From NCBI GenBank assembly GCA_964016885.1, contig OZ024740.1, positions 413,602,001 to 413,666,000 of the forward strand: a stretch of DNA of 64,000 bases. Reading direction: 5' to 3'. The notes beneath the pieces were generated by a model. The model was not told where the DNA came from and searched no databases. It was given only the letters and a program-made list of their open reading frames with translations. This stretch comes from Eledone cirrhosa (lineage: Eukaryota). Of this stretch, positions 26,066 to 39,596 are shown piece by piece. The translations under genes were made by a program, and so were the position numbers. The number at the start of each line of letters is the position of its first letter. Position 1 is the stretch's first letter.

Positions 26066-26265
26066 TGAGGTTTTTTTTACAAAATGAAAAATAACCGAGG
26101 TGTCCTACACCAGTGAAAGTATAAAGAAAAAGAGATGAAATCGAAAATGCAACTGAAGTCTTATTTTTTTAAAAATATATATATTTATTTGGTTCCTTTA
26201 CCGGTTTCGCAGTTGTTCTGCTTTTCAAAAGGTGAGTTGAGATGGAGGGTCTGTGGTTTTTCTCA
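26066..26265 (-). mobile_element. pLTR tip of the 16291 PLE family
   Basis: Nearly identical to 16295-16436; flanked by (TA)n. Confidence 0.8.
26195..26232 (-). ncRNA. Fully paired minimal HHR with U3-A8 variant core
   Basis: CCUU UUGAAAA GCAG AACAA CUGC GAAA CCGG UA AAGG. Confidence 0.75.
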
Positions 26266-26277
26266 CATATATATATA

Positions 26278-27655
26278 TATTGTTATACTTTGGGAGGGTC
26301 ATGTTGCCAATAAGAAACACACGCACCAGATGCTTTCACTTCAGTTTATTATATATTTATAAATTTACAAGTATATAAATCTATAAATTTCTGGTTGGTT
26401 GGTTGGTTGGTTCCACAACCAGATAGTTGTTTATATATAGTCATAGTCCTTTGGTCACACACTCTCTGACCTCTTCAGTGACTGGGGATTCCTTTCTTTG
26501 TTTCTGTGCCTCTCCTTTATTCTGTCCTACGCCATTTTGTTTCTGTGTGTGTGTTGTGTGCTCAGTCTGCGTATGCGCCACATCCAGGTGTCTGTGTGTG
26601 TTTATGTTCATTTATCTATTTGTTTATTTATTTATTTATTTACATGTTACTGGTTGGTTGTTTGTTCTATGTGTGTGTGTGTTTTCATGTTGTCCTTAAT
26701 TGTAAGTTGTGATGTTGCTGTTCCACTCATAATTTCTATTTAATTTTGGTTGTAATTCTTTTATGTTTATTGCCTCTGTAATTTGTCTAAACATTGCATA
26801 TTTTCTGTGTGTAGATTCTATTTTTATTTCTATGTTCTCTAATTTACCCTTGTGTTCTATCTTAGCATGTTGGTAGAGTACAGATGATTCTTTATTATCT
26901 TGAAGGTCTCGCCAGTGTTCATTTATCCGTTCCCCTATACTACGAGCTGTCTCACCTATGTACACTATATTTTTGTCTCTACATTGTCCTTCAGTACATC
27001 TTATGCTATACACTACATTTCTAGTTTTACAGTTAATATGGGGGCTTATTTTACAGGTTATACATTTCTTATCTATACATGAGGGTCTTTGAAAAGGGTA
27101 TGTCTTGCTAATAAGTGTTTTTACGGAGGTACCTGGTCTTTCTACTATCTTAATATAGAGTTTATGTTTATTTAGGGCCCTTCTAAATGTGTAGGCTAGT
27201 TCGCCTCTAGGGGTTGTATCGATGAACATTACACTCTGGTATTTATTGCTATCATACCATGAGTTTATTCTATTAGCCTTGTTCCTAGTTCTTTCTATTC
27301 TATTCCAAAATTTGCTCCTATACAAGGGGCAGGTCCCATTTATGTCATTATTTACCATTTTTCCCCATTTGGTTCTGGCTCCTCTTTACACTCTGATTCT
27401 ATCTCTCTGATTGTAGCCAGAGAACTGCATACGGTGGATGAAGTGTTGTATGTGTCTCTCTAGTTCTTCGGGGTTGCACATGCGGGACACATTTCTCATC
27501 ACCCGTACCAAATCCGCAATCAGTATGTTGATTTTGGTATGGTCCGAAATGGCCGAGATTCGGTGGATCAGATGTTTGGAAGTCATGGGTTTGGCATAAT
27601 GGGAATGGAGGATTTGTTTTTTGTTGTTAATGGTAATGCTAAACAAATTCAGAAA

Positions 27656-27658
<3 letters not shown>
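26278..27658 (-). mobile_element. Penelope-like element 3' part (RT thumb, GIY-YIG, pLTR with degenerate HHR at 26439-26483)
   Basis: HYAKPMTS..SAISD; CITC..CKTRNVVYSIRC..YIGETARS..EAINI..PKLN; AGUCA CUGAAGA GGUCA..UGACC AAAG..UA UGACU. Confidence 0.88.
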
Positions 27659-27713
<55 letters not shown>

Positions 27714-27714
<1 letters not shown>

Positions 27715-28440
27715 CTAAAATAACAGATTAAAGTTTAAGCAAAGAATCGCTGCTTTCACCCTTAACGGGTTCTTCTAAAGCTAACAAAGTCAATCTGTGA
27801 ACGCAGAAGTGAATATTTCAAAGAACGTTGCGACCGGAGGAAGACAGGAAGACGATACTTTGGTTCGTGGAAACGTTCCCTGGCAAAGAACGGGAAAAAA
27901 CGAATATAATACGTCATTATTTGGAGCGGTGAAAAACAATTACACGCAAAGACAAAACCACGTTTATAGTATAAAAGAAGTCGCAGACTAATATTCTATT
28001 AGGTGGTTCATAGACACGTTCTCTGGCAATGAACGGAAAAAACGAAGATAATACGTCATATATGGAGCGGGAGAACAATTGCATGCAAAGACAAAAACCG
28101 TCGGTTCTGTATGTGCGTGCGGTTTTTTTTTTTGCTTTTGGGGGGTTTTTTCGTACGTGCGTGTATTTGTATACCTATGGCGAGTGTTTTCGCGTATTCT
28201 TGTGCATGTACGTATATGGATGCGTGTATGTATTTATTTAATTTCATTTACCACTGTATTTTATTTACTTTATTCTTAACTCTGAAGCCGAGAATCATTC
28301 GGTTTCCTAGTTAGAATTTTAGTCTACAACTTCAGTTATACCATTCACGCGGTTTTGTCTTTGTCTTATCTTCGTTTTTTCCGTTCATTGCCAGAGAACG
28401 TCTCTATGAAGCACCTAATAGAATAATAGTCTACGATTTC
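27714..28440. mobile_element. Non-coding rearranged element with degenerate HHR (27732-27782, minus) and internal direct and inverted repeats
   Basis: ACCC GUUAA GGGU GAAA GCA..UGC UU; about 65-bp inverted repeat 27986-28051 vs 28366-28431; tip TTAAAGTTTAAGCAAAGAATCG recurs at 55411. Confidence 0.55.
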
Positions 28441-28454
28441 GTTTTTTTTATGTT

Positions 28455-29735
28455 TCACACTGCCTTTATTGTGTTGTATCTGATGAAAGAATGGCATTTA
28501 ACTAATGTATTGGTACGCGATGGGGCCCACCCACAGCCCCGGCGGACAGAATGGAGAAGGCGTTCGCCCGGAGGACGGCAAGGGAGACGCGCTGAAAAAG
28601 CCACTTCAACTCGCGGGGCTCGCACCTGCGGCTAGCCAGCTCAGCGCCTATGGTGGTGAGTAAGGAGGTAACTCTCGGGCCGAGGACACCTGAAGTGTCC
28701 ACTGTCAGGAAAACGACCGCAAACCTGTCGGAGAGCGACCGGAATTTGAGGAGTTTGGCCCCCTCAGCCCGACGTGCAGCAGAACCTGGGACAGTCGCAG
28801 ACTGCACCAGGTTGCGGCTGCAGAAAGTGTCGGTGCAAGTGGCATACCAGACAAGGGGTTTCCCACCGCGGAACGGGAAGATGGTCATGCCAACTGGCCT
28901 TTTGTCGTCCCCTCGATCCAGCCCCACTGGCTCAAGCTGGGAGGGGAAGCCTGCAGCGTCCAAGCCATGCTTAATAACCTCGTTGAGGGCAGTATGGCGT
29001 GGAATGCGGTCGGCACTGTGGAGACAGGACAGCGAGTGGAGGCCGAAAGAGTCAACGGTGGAACCGCAGCGACATTGGTTGGCTGACAGATCCGGAGGGC
29101 GAGCCTCAGGTAAACGCCGATTCGCAGGCTATGGTTGTCTAGCTGCGTGCCAGTGGAGAAGGAGGGCAGAGCATGGGGACTGGCACCACTGTGAGGTTTG
29201 GAGGCTGCATGAAAACAAGCAAGGCGGTGCTGGTCGAGCTGGCGCGTGAGCCTGTCTGAGGCCGGCTGCACTGGATGGCATCCCAAGTGCGTTGGGAGGA
29301 CTTGGCGTCAACAAGGGGAGAAGGAGGAGGGACGTCTACTGGGCTAAGTCCCACCCGGTCCTACGTCTCACAGGCGGCCTCACGTTCTCTGAACGCAGAG
29401 GGTTCTGTTGTGTTTTAAAAAACCCTGCTGACGAGGACGCGGCACGAGGTTAACGACAACAGATACGCCGGCAAAGCTAGTGAGATCGGGGACCGGAGGC
29501 GTAGGCCGCCATACCTGACAGGTAAAGTGGCCTGTTGCCACCCTATGTCGTCAAACTTGACGTTGCATATCCCCTCGGCTGCTGCTCGGATACAAGCATA
29601 TACGTACATACATAAGATACAAGGACAGCGAGGAGAGATGTCTGGGTGAAGCATAGAGCGCTGGGAGTGTATAGAGGAGCTTCGGCATGGCGAAGCAGTT
29701 CCTCAGCAGAAAGAGAGCTGGGTGGCCGTCAATCA
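28455..29735 (-). mobile_element. CRE-clade RLE non-LTR retrotransposon, 3' fragment
   Basis: LLRNCFAMPKL; QATLPVRYGGL; LEPVGLDRGDDKRPVG..PFRGGKPLVW..LFQRVSLAVLRANA; AATAAA downstream. Confidence 0.82.
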
Positions 29736-29816
29736 GTAATATATTTCATGTTATATTGGGTATTTTTATATTCACGTTTATACATATGTTATATACTTTG
29801 TTTTAGATAAAGAATA

Positions 29817-30008
29817 ATTGTTTCTACTATTGGCACAAGGCCAGCAAATTACCCAGTACATTACTGGTACTTTATTTTATCGACCCTGTAAGGATGAAAG
29901 GCAAAGTTAACCTCGGCGGGATTTGAACTCAGAATGGCAAGGGCCGTAACTCTATGCGTCAAAGCACGGCGTCCGACCCTCTACCGATACTGCCAATACA
30001 CCGCCCTG
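29817..30008 (-). mobile_element. Full-length tRNA-derived SINE with 11-bp TSD
   Basis: A box and GAGTTCAAATCC B box on minus strand; GATAAAGAATA at 29806-29816 and 30009-30019. Confidence 0.85.
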
Positions 30009-30966
30009 GATAAAGAATAGATAAAGAATAATGATGACAAATATACATCAATATATATAGTCCGACGTAAAGCCTTTCCAATTAATGTTGATCTTCCAAA
30101 GACCTCTGTCATTAAGCGATTAATGTTCTACAATAATAATTAGTCTCTTTAGAAATTGCAATTCATTTTATTTTACTTAAATAGATATATTTGGAAATTA
30201 ATACATAGTCGTATCATTAAGACCATAGTGAACGGTATGTTCGTTACACGTTGATAGCTCTTATGAATTACTGTGTTGAAGAAGCGGAGTAGTTTAAAGC
30301 ATAATTATTATACAAATGTCGCAATTGAGTGAATTTTGCTTTTATTCCAGAAGGATATGTTAAATCATGTAAGACTTTCAGAATTAAATACGGACATTTA
30401 GTAAACGTCAATAACCTTCGTACATTGTATATTCAATTCAATTCTAATTGCATTACTAATTATGGGTTCTTATGTTGTGTTAGAGAGTACAGTTTAGAAG
30501 TAGATACGGCTTAATGACTTACTTTACATACGTCATACGAATGAAACATTGATAATTGTCTGCATGATAAAACGTTTCTTTACCCATCATATAAATGTAT
30601 GTAGTGGTTTTTCACATTAACACATAGGTTATGTATACCGTTTAAAATTTAAATTGTAGTGATTGCTTTATTTATTTTAGCTTCATAACATTATATATGT
30701 TATAATACTACTAAGAGAAAGTAAAGGTTACTGTCCTCTCCTGAACTACAAAACCAGAAATTACAATAGCTAATAAATACATCAAACAAAAAATCAATAT
30801 AGAAAGAATGAATCTGTCATGAGACACCCAGAAGCTAGCACCAAATACAATACACAATAGAGTATCGAATAAGAATTTAGAAAAAGTGAACACTCATATC
30901 TAACTAAAATGCCACTCGTCTTTCAAAAATCATGATATAATTGTAATCATTATTCAAGATTTTATT

Positions 30967-31358
<392 letters not shown>

Positions 31359-31834
31359 ATATATATATATATATATATATTGGCTGGTAAATATATATAT
31401 ATATATATACATATGATCTTATTCGAGTTTACAATATTTTACTAATTGTTTTTCATCGTTTATTAATCAGTTCTCGATGTTTAGTTTGAAACAATTATAT
31501 TATCCTCGTGAATCAACTAGTCTATTAGTATTTCAAGATCTCTACATTACCATGTATTCAGTATTCTATCATAGATGTACGAAAGCATAGAAAGTGGCTA
31601 ATGTTTATGAAGATTTAGTGCTAATGAGCAACTAAATGATTTATCCTTTTCCTTATTTGAACATTCTATGGTAAACAATTTATTTGGTATAACCATTTGT
31701 TGATTGAATGTACTTCAATAAATGTAAATATTTCTACAGGAATTCCCAAATTCCGACCTTTTGTTTAAATTTTCAAACATCAATATGTAATAAGATGTTA
31801 TACACTCTGTATTAAATGGTGTTTTCTTCGTTAG

Positions 31835-31919
31835 TGAAAACCAAAGTTTACCAATCCGTATAGTTCGAAGACATATATCTGCCACAAACGGAATGAAGAT
31901 GGAATCAAGGAAAACACAG
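31835..31919 (+). other. Candidate host exon (85 bp)
   Basis: TTTTCTTCGTTAG acceptor and CAG|GTAAGG donor; one open frame ENQSLPIRIVRRHISATNGMKMESRKTQ. Confidence 0.3.
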
Positions 31920-32493
31920 GTAAGGAAGTGTTTATTTAGTATACAAAGATCAAAGACAAGTAAGACAAGTAATTATTTAACATAATATAGACATGTTCTC
32001 TACAAAATCTAAAAAAATCACAAATTCCTAAATGGAAGCAAACTCTACCAATCAAAATGTTATGAACTCAGTAACATGACATTGTTAACATTCCCCTAAC
32101 TTATGATAGAGCAGACACTTTAACATAATATAAATCCTACATTAATTGTAAAGGGCTCATATTTAATTCTTTACCAATGCCAAATGTTGATCAATCAATT
32201 CTTAAAACTAGATAGGATTAATAAAATATATAGATTCTTTTTGTTTCTTTGTTATAAGAATGTATCAGTTATTACATTGATTGTTAACAGGGATCAGGTC
32301 GCTCTTAATCGCTACTGGTAACATGTAATCCAGTACAACCTGCTGCAAGGTCGGGTCGTCGGCGACTAAACTAGTAACCTCACAAAGCTTGCTTGGTGAG
32401 AAGGGTGATTACTGAAACCTGACAAACAGTACAGGAACACATGAGTGTCAACACCCATCTAATACAGTGTGGATATGTATATATTGTATTGGA

Positions 32494-32559
<66 letters not shown>

Positions 32560-32933
32560 CAAGAAAGAAGAGTGGTTCGCTATGCAATAAGGGCTTTATT
32601 CACATTGCTGACAATTGTTTCTTTGATCTGGTAGGTCTCGAGTTCGCTACCCACCTGATTTTGCGTCAATCTAACTCCAATACTTTGTTTATAACCAGTT
32701 GTTTTCATCACAGCATGCGAAATGAAGAAGATACACAAGGCATGGCTTTTATATAGGTGTGGTGTTAAACCAGAACAATAATATCAATAATAAAGTAAAA
32801 TAACTAGATAGCAAATAGTTAAAATAATAACATCATTGTTGAGTCAAACTAAGCCACACGTTAATACTATCCACTACACGGAGTACTCTAACTGAACTAC
32901 ATCTAACTGCCTATAACGAAAACCTGTTATCCC

Positions 32934-32998
<65 letters not shown>

Positions 32999-33289
32999 CA
33001 GGTTTTGTGTGGAATTGTTTGTGTAGGGGTGTGCATATATGCAACTAAGCATTTTTTCATAAAATCTTTATAATAATGTATATATATATATATATATATA
33101 TATTTAATACAATAACAGAGATAGCTTTAAGCTAAACTCTGACTGGCTACCATCTCAATCAACAAACATTAGGATATACTTTAGTATAATCCCAATTTTG
33201 TGATTGGGGTGCTAACTATATGTATTTTGTGGAAAGCCAGTTGTATTATTTTATATGAGATATAATTAAATTTAAAATATATCTCTCTT

Positions 33290-33411
33290 TCCAAACAATT
33301 GTTTCATTATAAGTTTTCTACAAGTTGGGAGAATGTATCCGGTTTATGTAGAAGCCTACATAATTTTCTGTAAGAACATATGCAGGTGGGCACTTATAAA
33401 TCATCAGTGGA
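33290..33411 (-). ncRNA. Type-I HHR with 77-nt stem-II insert
   Basis: UCCA CUGAUGA U UUAUAAGU [77 nt] ACUUAUAA U GAAA CAAUUG UU UGGA. Confidence 0.7.
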
Positions 33412-34031
33412 TGCCCTTCAAACTTTGATATAAGAAAAGATTTCTTACCGCAGTTATTTTTCGTGTCAGCTAAGTCGTCCCTTCACGCATCATAATGACC
33501 GCCAAATTTGAAATTCCAGCAGTCTTAGACTGAGGAATTTCACAGCGTCACGAAGCGGAAAAGGGAGGCAATCGCGAAACACAAGAAAGTAAAATAATAT
33601 ACACGTGGGTTAATTATTTTTTTTTAAAAACAATTTTAATCCTGCGTGTTAAGAACTCAATTAATTAAAAAAAAATAAATGTATGCATGTATTAATTACA
33701 CACGCATATAGATATTTCCTCAGGCTAAAAACAGAGATATGATACCAAAATAACGATCCATATTTCATAACAATAATAAATACGGAAAGTTACGATTAAA
33801 AGGTATCTGGAAATATATTTCTCTGGCCAAATCAAGAGTAAAATATTTAATACAATAACAGAGATAGCTTTAAGCTAAACTCTGATGGCTACCATCTCAC
33901 TCAACAAACATTAGGATATACTTTAGTATAATCCCAATTTTGTGTTTGGGGTGCTAACTATATGTATTTTGTGGAAAGCCAGTTGTATTATTTTATATGA
34001 GATATAATTAAAATTAAAATATATCTCTCTT

Positions 34032-34153
34032 TCCAAATAATTGTTTCATTATAAGTTTTCTACAAGTTGGGAGAATGTATCCGGTTTATGTAGAAGCCTA
34101 CATAATGTTCTGTAAGAACATATGCAGGTGGGCACTTATAAATCATCAGTGGA
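34032..34153 (-). ncRNA. Second copy of the long-stem-II HHR (stem III CAAUUA, AUU site)
   Basis: Same as 33290-33411 with one substitution in stem III. Confidence 0.6.
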
Positions 34154-34441
34154 TGCCCTTCAAACTTTGATATAAGAAAAGATTTCTTACCGCAGTTATT
34201 TTTCGTGTCAGCTAAGTCGTCCTTTCACGCATCATAATGACCGCCAAATTTGAAATTCCAGCAGTCTTAGACTGAGGAATTACACAACGTAACGAAGCGG
34301 AAAAGGGAGGCAATCGCGAAACACAAGAAAGTAAAATAATATACACCTGGGTTAATTATTCTTTTTAAAAAACAATTTTAGTCCTGCGTGTTAAGAACAC
34401 AATTAATTTTTTTTAAATAACTGTATGCATGTATAAATGTA

Positions 34442-34494
<53 letters not shown>

Positions 34495-34569
34495 GTGTGT
34501 GTACGGGTATGCATGTATGTGTACGGGTATGCGTTTGTGTGTGGATGGATATTTATATCTGTATTCTGT

Positions 34570-34608
<39 letters not shown>

Positions 34609-35539
34609 GTTGCAATCTGAGTATATGGGTGTTTCTGTGTGTGTGGAAGGCGGGTGATAAGATTATGCGTGTGTGTATGCATATGTGTATATATTTGCGT
34701 GTGTTTTTATTATTTTAGCTAAACGGGGCTCTGGCGTCAGGGCAAATTATTTGCCGCTCTGTATGAAAATTAAAAAAGTAAATAGGGGAATAATAATTAC
34801 CACCTTTTACATGGAAAGATCGGTGGAATAAAAGAAAGTTACAATGGTGAGATAGTAACTCGGGAATATCATTCGAACGGAGGACACGAGAGCCAATTCT
34901 TTGTATTCAGTGACCGCAAGCACCAGGGTTGAATGCCCTTACATCATAGATCCAGCTTCAAACATTCTTTAGCTACATACATACATCGTATGAACGGATC
35001 CCCCTAAACTCTCTGGAGCAAGATATTCACGATCGAGGATACAAGAGTCTGACCCAACACATGATGTGCAAAAGATCTATAACATGAAGCAAGTTCAACG
35101 CTAGAAATTTATCAGTGAAAGGCCGACAATAAAAATGTATCGCCAGCACTATTCGAAACGGAATTGATGTACGGTGCCATTCAGGAGCCTCAATCGTATC
35201 ATGAGAAGCCTGGACACGAATACACCGCAATGAAGATCCAATGAAGATATCAGTGCCAACAAGGAAGAAGAATCAAGCATCTACCATACATGGATTAGGA
35301 ATCTTCCTCTCCCCCAAATACACCACAATGAAGATCCAACAGCTGATATCAGCGCCAGCAAGGAAGAAGAATCAAGCATCTACCATAGATAAAGTAGGAA
35401 TATTCCTCTCTCCCAAATCAACCATCAAGTTACTGAATGTAGAAAATATTTCGTATTCAAAAAACTCAATAAGGGGAAGCTTGCAATAAACTAGACAAGA
35501 CATGGTACAGCTACATAAAAAAGAAAATGAAACAAGTTA

Positions 35540-35880
35540 ATTTTTCCAAGCCCTAGTTGAACCAACTCTGATGTATGAAGGTGAAGTTTGGACACTGATA
35601 ACTTTCCTACAAAAGCGAGAGGATGGAACATACACTAACCTCCTTCGCAGAGCACAAACCATGCACTAGGAGAACATGGTTCCCTACAAAAAAAATAGAG
35701 AAAACTGAAACTAATATCTTTGCATTTATGTCAGAAACTACAAGAATTAGGTGTAATTGTTATCAATGAGACAAATAGATCATTTCATCCCATCTCTTGT
35801 GGAGGCCGTCAAGAAGAGTCTTCTTGAGAAAACTCACTTTAATATATGTCATTGCGTGCGATGATAATCGAGGCGTGTGG
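35540..35880 (+). mobile_element. Decayed RTE-like 3' fragment
   Basis: FQALVEPTLMYEGEVWTL..DGTYTNLLRRA. Confidence 0.55.
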
Positions 35881-36679
35881 AGGCCAATCGTACTGTGAAT
35901 GTTGGGATTGCTTGTTCAGCTACGTCGAAGATTATTGATATTGAACATACATAAGGATGATTTTTTTTTTCAGATTGTGTAGTTTTGGTATATTAGAATT
36001 CTGTCCATTTATAGATATATCACTAGTTGGTACGTTAGAGAGTTTTATTTCCAATTATTGAATCGGACACTTATATAGTTATGCATGCTCGGAAATATTT
36101 GCTATATTGCGATATTTAGTGTGTTGTGTTAAACGCAATGTCCATGGATGTTCTTAACGTTGGAATGGAATCGTTGGATTGAGCTTAGGTTTGTGAGTTG
36201 ATAAAATAGGTACCCTATAGTTACTGTGAACTGTAAATTAACACACAAAAACTGTATTTTGAGGAATACCAACAGTATAAAATTATTTATCACATATTTT
36301 GCCGTTTGGATTCGTCATACCTTGAAAGGTGGCCATATAATACAACACTCAATTCCTCATCAATACAAAAATATCTTTACCAATAGCCAGTTCCTACGTA
36401 TTTGTGTCATCTGAAGATTTATTACTAAAGATATGCCACGCACGTATTCACTTGAATTTATTAATATATCAGGTGTCCTCTTTATAAAAATCAAAGAAAT
36501 CTATGTGACAAATTTGCTGCCGTTTTTTCAGCTAATCAAATCGCGATAGCATAGCTAATATATCATCATCTCACTTCGCTTTTTCAATCATAAAGATAAT
36601 CGGCAACGTTAAACTTTTTTGTGTTTCAAAAGTTTCAACTTCTAATAATATGTGTATACACACACAATATATATATACA

Positions 36680-37000
36680 CACACAAAAACAAGATGGCGT
36701 AGGACAGAAAAAAGGAGAGGCACAAAAACAAAGAAAAGAATCCCCAGTCACTGAAGAGGTCACAGAATGTTTGACGAAACAACTTTGACAATATATGAAC
36801 AATCGTCTGGTTGTGGCACCAACCAACCAACCGGAAATTTATAAATTCCTATATTTATAAATTTGATTTATAATAAATTGAAGTGAAAGCAACTGGTGCG
36901 TGTGTTTCTTATTGGCAACATGACCCTCCCAAAGCATAACAATATCGGTTGCAACACACGTTTTCAGATAAAGAATCTTGCTAAACAAATTCAGAAACGA
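36680..37000 (+). mobile_element. Solo pLTR of the 26278 PLE family (degenerate HHR at 36746-36790)
   Basis: Matches the reverse complement of 26278-26560; AGUCA CUGAAGA GGUCA..UGAC GAAA. Confidence 0.8.
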
Positions 37001-37023
37001 AATATATATATATATATATATAT

Positions 37024-39563
37024 AGCAAACCTAGGTCATTTCCCCAGATTGTTAAAAATAATGCTAACAGGAAAAATAATATACATAATACCAAAAATAG
37101 AACAAAATACATAAGGAAACCAAATATAATATCACGACCAAAAGTTCATCAAGCGAACACCAACAGGAATATAAATCCTGACCCGAGAAAAATCTATTTT
37201 TTAACGTCAGGACAACAAAAACCGGAAAAAGAAAAACTCCAGGAGGAAACATACCCAAAACAACTGTACACGTAGATCCTAAAATAATTAATTTATCTAA
37301 AAGAGATCTTGACAATGATGAAATGCAAATTCTGTCAAAAGGACTTAATTTCACACCGACTCCAACAGTCAACCACCAAGAACTGAAGGAGGATACCCAA
37401 GAATTCTGTCGAAAATTACGTCTTGTAGAATTCTTCGCTGATAAAAGTAATGAGAGTGATGAATCACTAGTAAAAAATAAATCAAATTTCACTCCGCCAA
37501 AAGGAAGAAATATCTATCTCGACCAATACATTGACATCCTGTCTAAATTTCCTCTTAGACGTAATACTAATGTTAGGCCAAACATTAACAAATCAGAAAT
37601 GTCTGCACTTAAACGTATACAAAATGATAAAACAATAATAATTAAACAAGCAGATAAAGGGGGTGCAGTTGTTATAATAGATATTGAATACTACAAAGAT
37701 TTTGTTGAGGAACAACTGAAAGACACAACATTCTATCATGAAATACCGTCAAATATAGACCACAACATCATGAAGAAGATCAACAACCTGGCTTCAAAAT
37801 ACCACAACTCACTTACTGATAAGGAAAGAGACTACATCACCAATTTTGAGCCAAAACCCATCAACCTGTATGGCCTACAGAAAGTTCATAAGTCAAAAGA
37901 GATACAACTGGCAGTAAGAGAACAAAACAGTGAGTACATTAATTTACTATACCCAAAAGACTTAAAACTTAGACCTATTATAGCTGGTCCAACATGCCCC
38001 ACCCACCGTCTAAGCAATTTTGTTGACATTATTTTGAAACCACTATGTATTCACATACCCAGTTTCATCCGGGATGATATCGACTTCCTGTCCCATCTTC
38101 CCAAAACCACGGAAACGAATTCACTTCTACTTAGTTTTGATGTGGTAAGCCTTTACACCAACATTACACATGATTTAGGAATAAAGGCAGTTAAATACTG
38201 GGTGGAAAAACATAGAGAAGTGATTCCCATCAGATTCACAGCGCCATTTATATTAGACGCAGTTAAACTTATTCTGGAAAACAACACTTTCTTCTTCAAT
38301 GGAAAGAATTACATCCAAATTAGAGGCACAGCGATGGGAACGAAGTTTGCTCCCGTTTACGCGGACTCTGTAATGGGATACTTAGAACAACAACTCTACC
38401 AAGAAATAGAGGAAAAATATAGTACTGACTTTAGAAAGTACATTGAAAAATCTTGGAAGAGATACCTCGACGACTGTTTCATCATCTGGACAGAATCTCT
38501 AGATACTCTGGATGAGTTCAATATCCTCCTGAATAACCTACACCCATCTCTCCAATTCACAAAAGAGATGAATAGGACCAAATTACCATTCCTAGATATA
38601 ATGATAATCAAAAACGACACCACCATTACCACGGATATATATTATAAACACACAGACACGCATCAATATCTGAATTTTAAGTCGTGCCATCCATCTCCTA
38701 CAAAACGCAACATCCCATACTGCCTAGCCAGAAGAATTTGTACCATTGTAGAAGATACGAATACCAGGTACAAACGCCTAACAGAACTAAGAGAATGTTT
38801 GCTCAAACAAAAATACCCATCTCTACTTATAGAAAATGGCATACAGCGGGCTATAAAAATACCTATACAACAACTTAGGACAACCCAAGGAAGAAGAAAC
38901 CAAGAACTGGTCATACCATTTATAATGACACACAATCCATGTCACCAGAATATCTTCAACACTGCCAAAGCAAACCTACCGATCATTGCTCAAAGTAATG
39001 AATTAAAAGGCTTGATCACAGATCGATCTTTGACTCTTAGTAAAAAACAGCCAAAATATTTGAAGCAATTACTAACAGAAGCAAAGTTTGACCTTAACAA
39101 CAAAGACCAATCATTCACTGTATCTAAATGCAATGATAGTCGATGCGGCACATGTCAATCCATATACGCCGGTCAATATATGAAAACAAAAACTGGAAAA
39201 TTATTCCCAAATGCAAATATGAACTGCAAAAGCAGAAATCTAATTTAAATGCCCGAATTGTGAAGAACTATATGTCGGTCAAACTGGAAATGCACTATCG
39301 GAATGTGCACGGGTACACCGTCAGCAAATCAGGGATCCAAATGTCCGTCAGATACCCCTAAGTAACCATCTAGCAACATGTGGTCAGGGAATATTTATAA
39401 TATTCCCATTCTACAAATTACACAGCCCAAGTGAAATCAAGAGAAAAATCAAAGAAAAGAATTTTATTGATAAATTCAAACCCAAGCTTAATGAACAATA
39501 ATAACGCTTAGGGGTATTACTTCTACTATGACTATGACTACGACCATGTCGACTACGACCACT

Positions 39564-39596
<33 letters not shown>

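Larger units (their letters stand above)
33101..34433 (-). mobile_element. Retrozyme-like tandem (743-bp unit, about 1.8 copies) with one HHR per unit
   Basis: Units start at 33101 and 33844; no ORF; HHRs at 33290-33411 and 34032-34153; (TA)n flanks. Confidence 0.75.
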
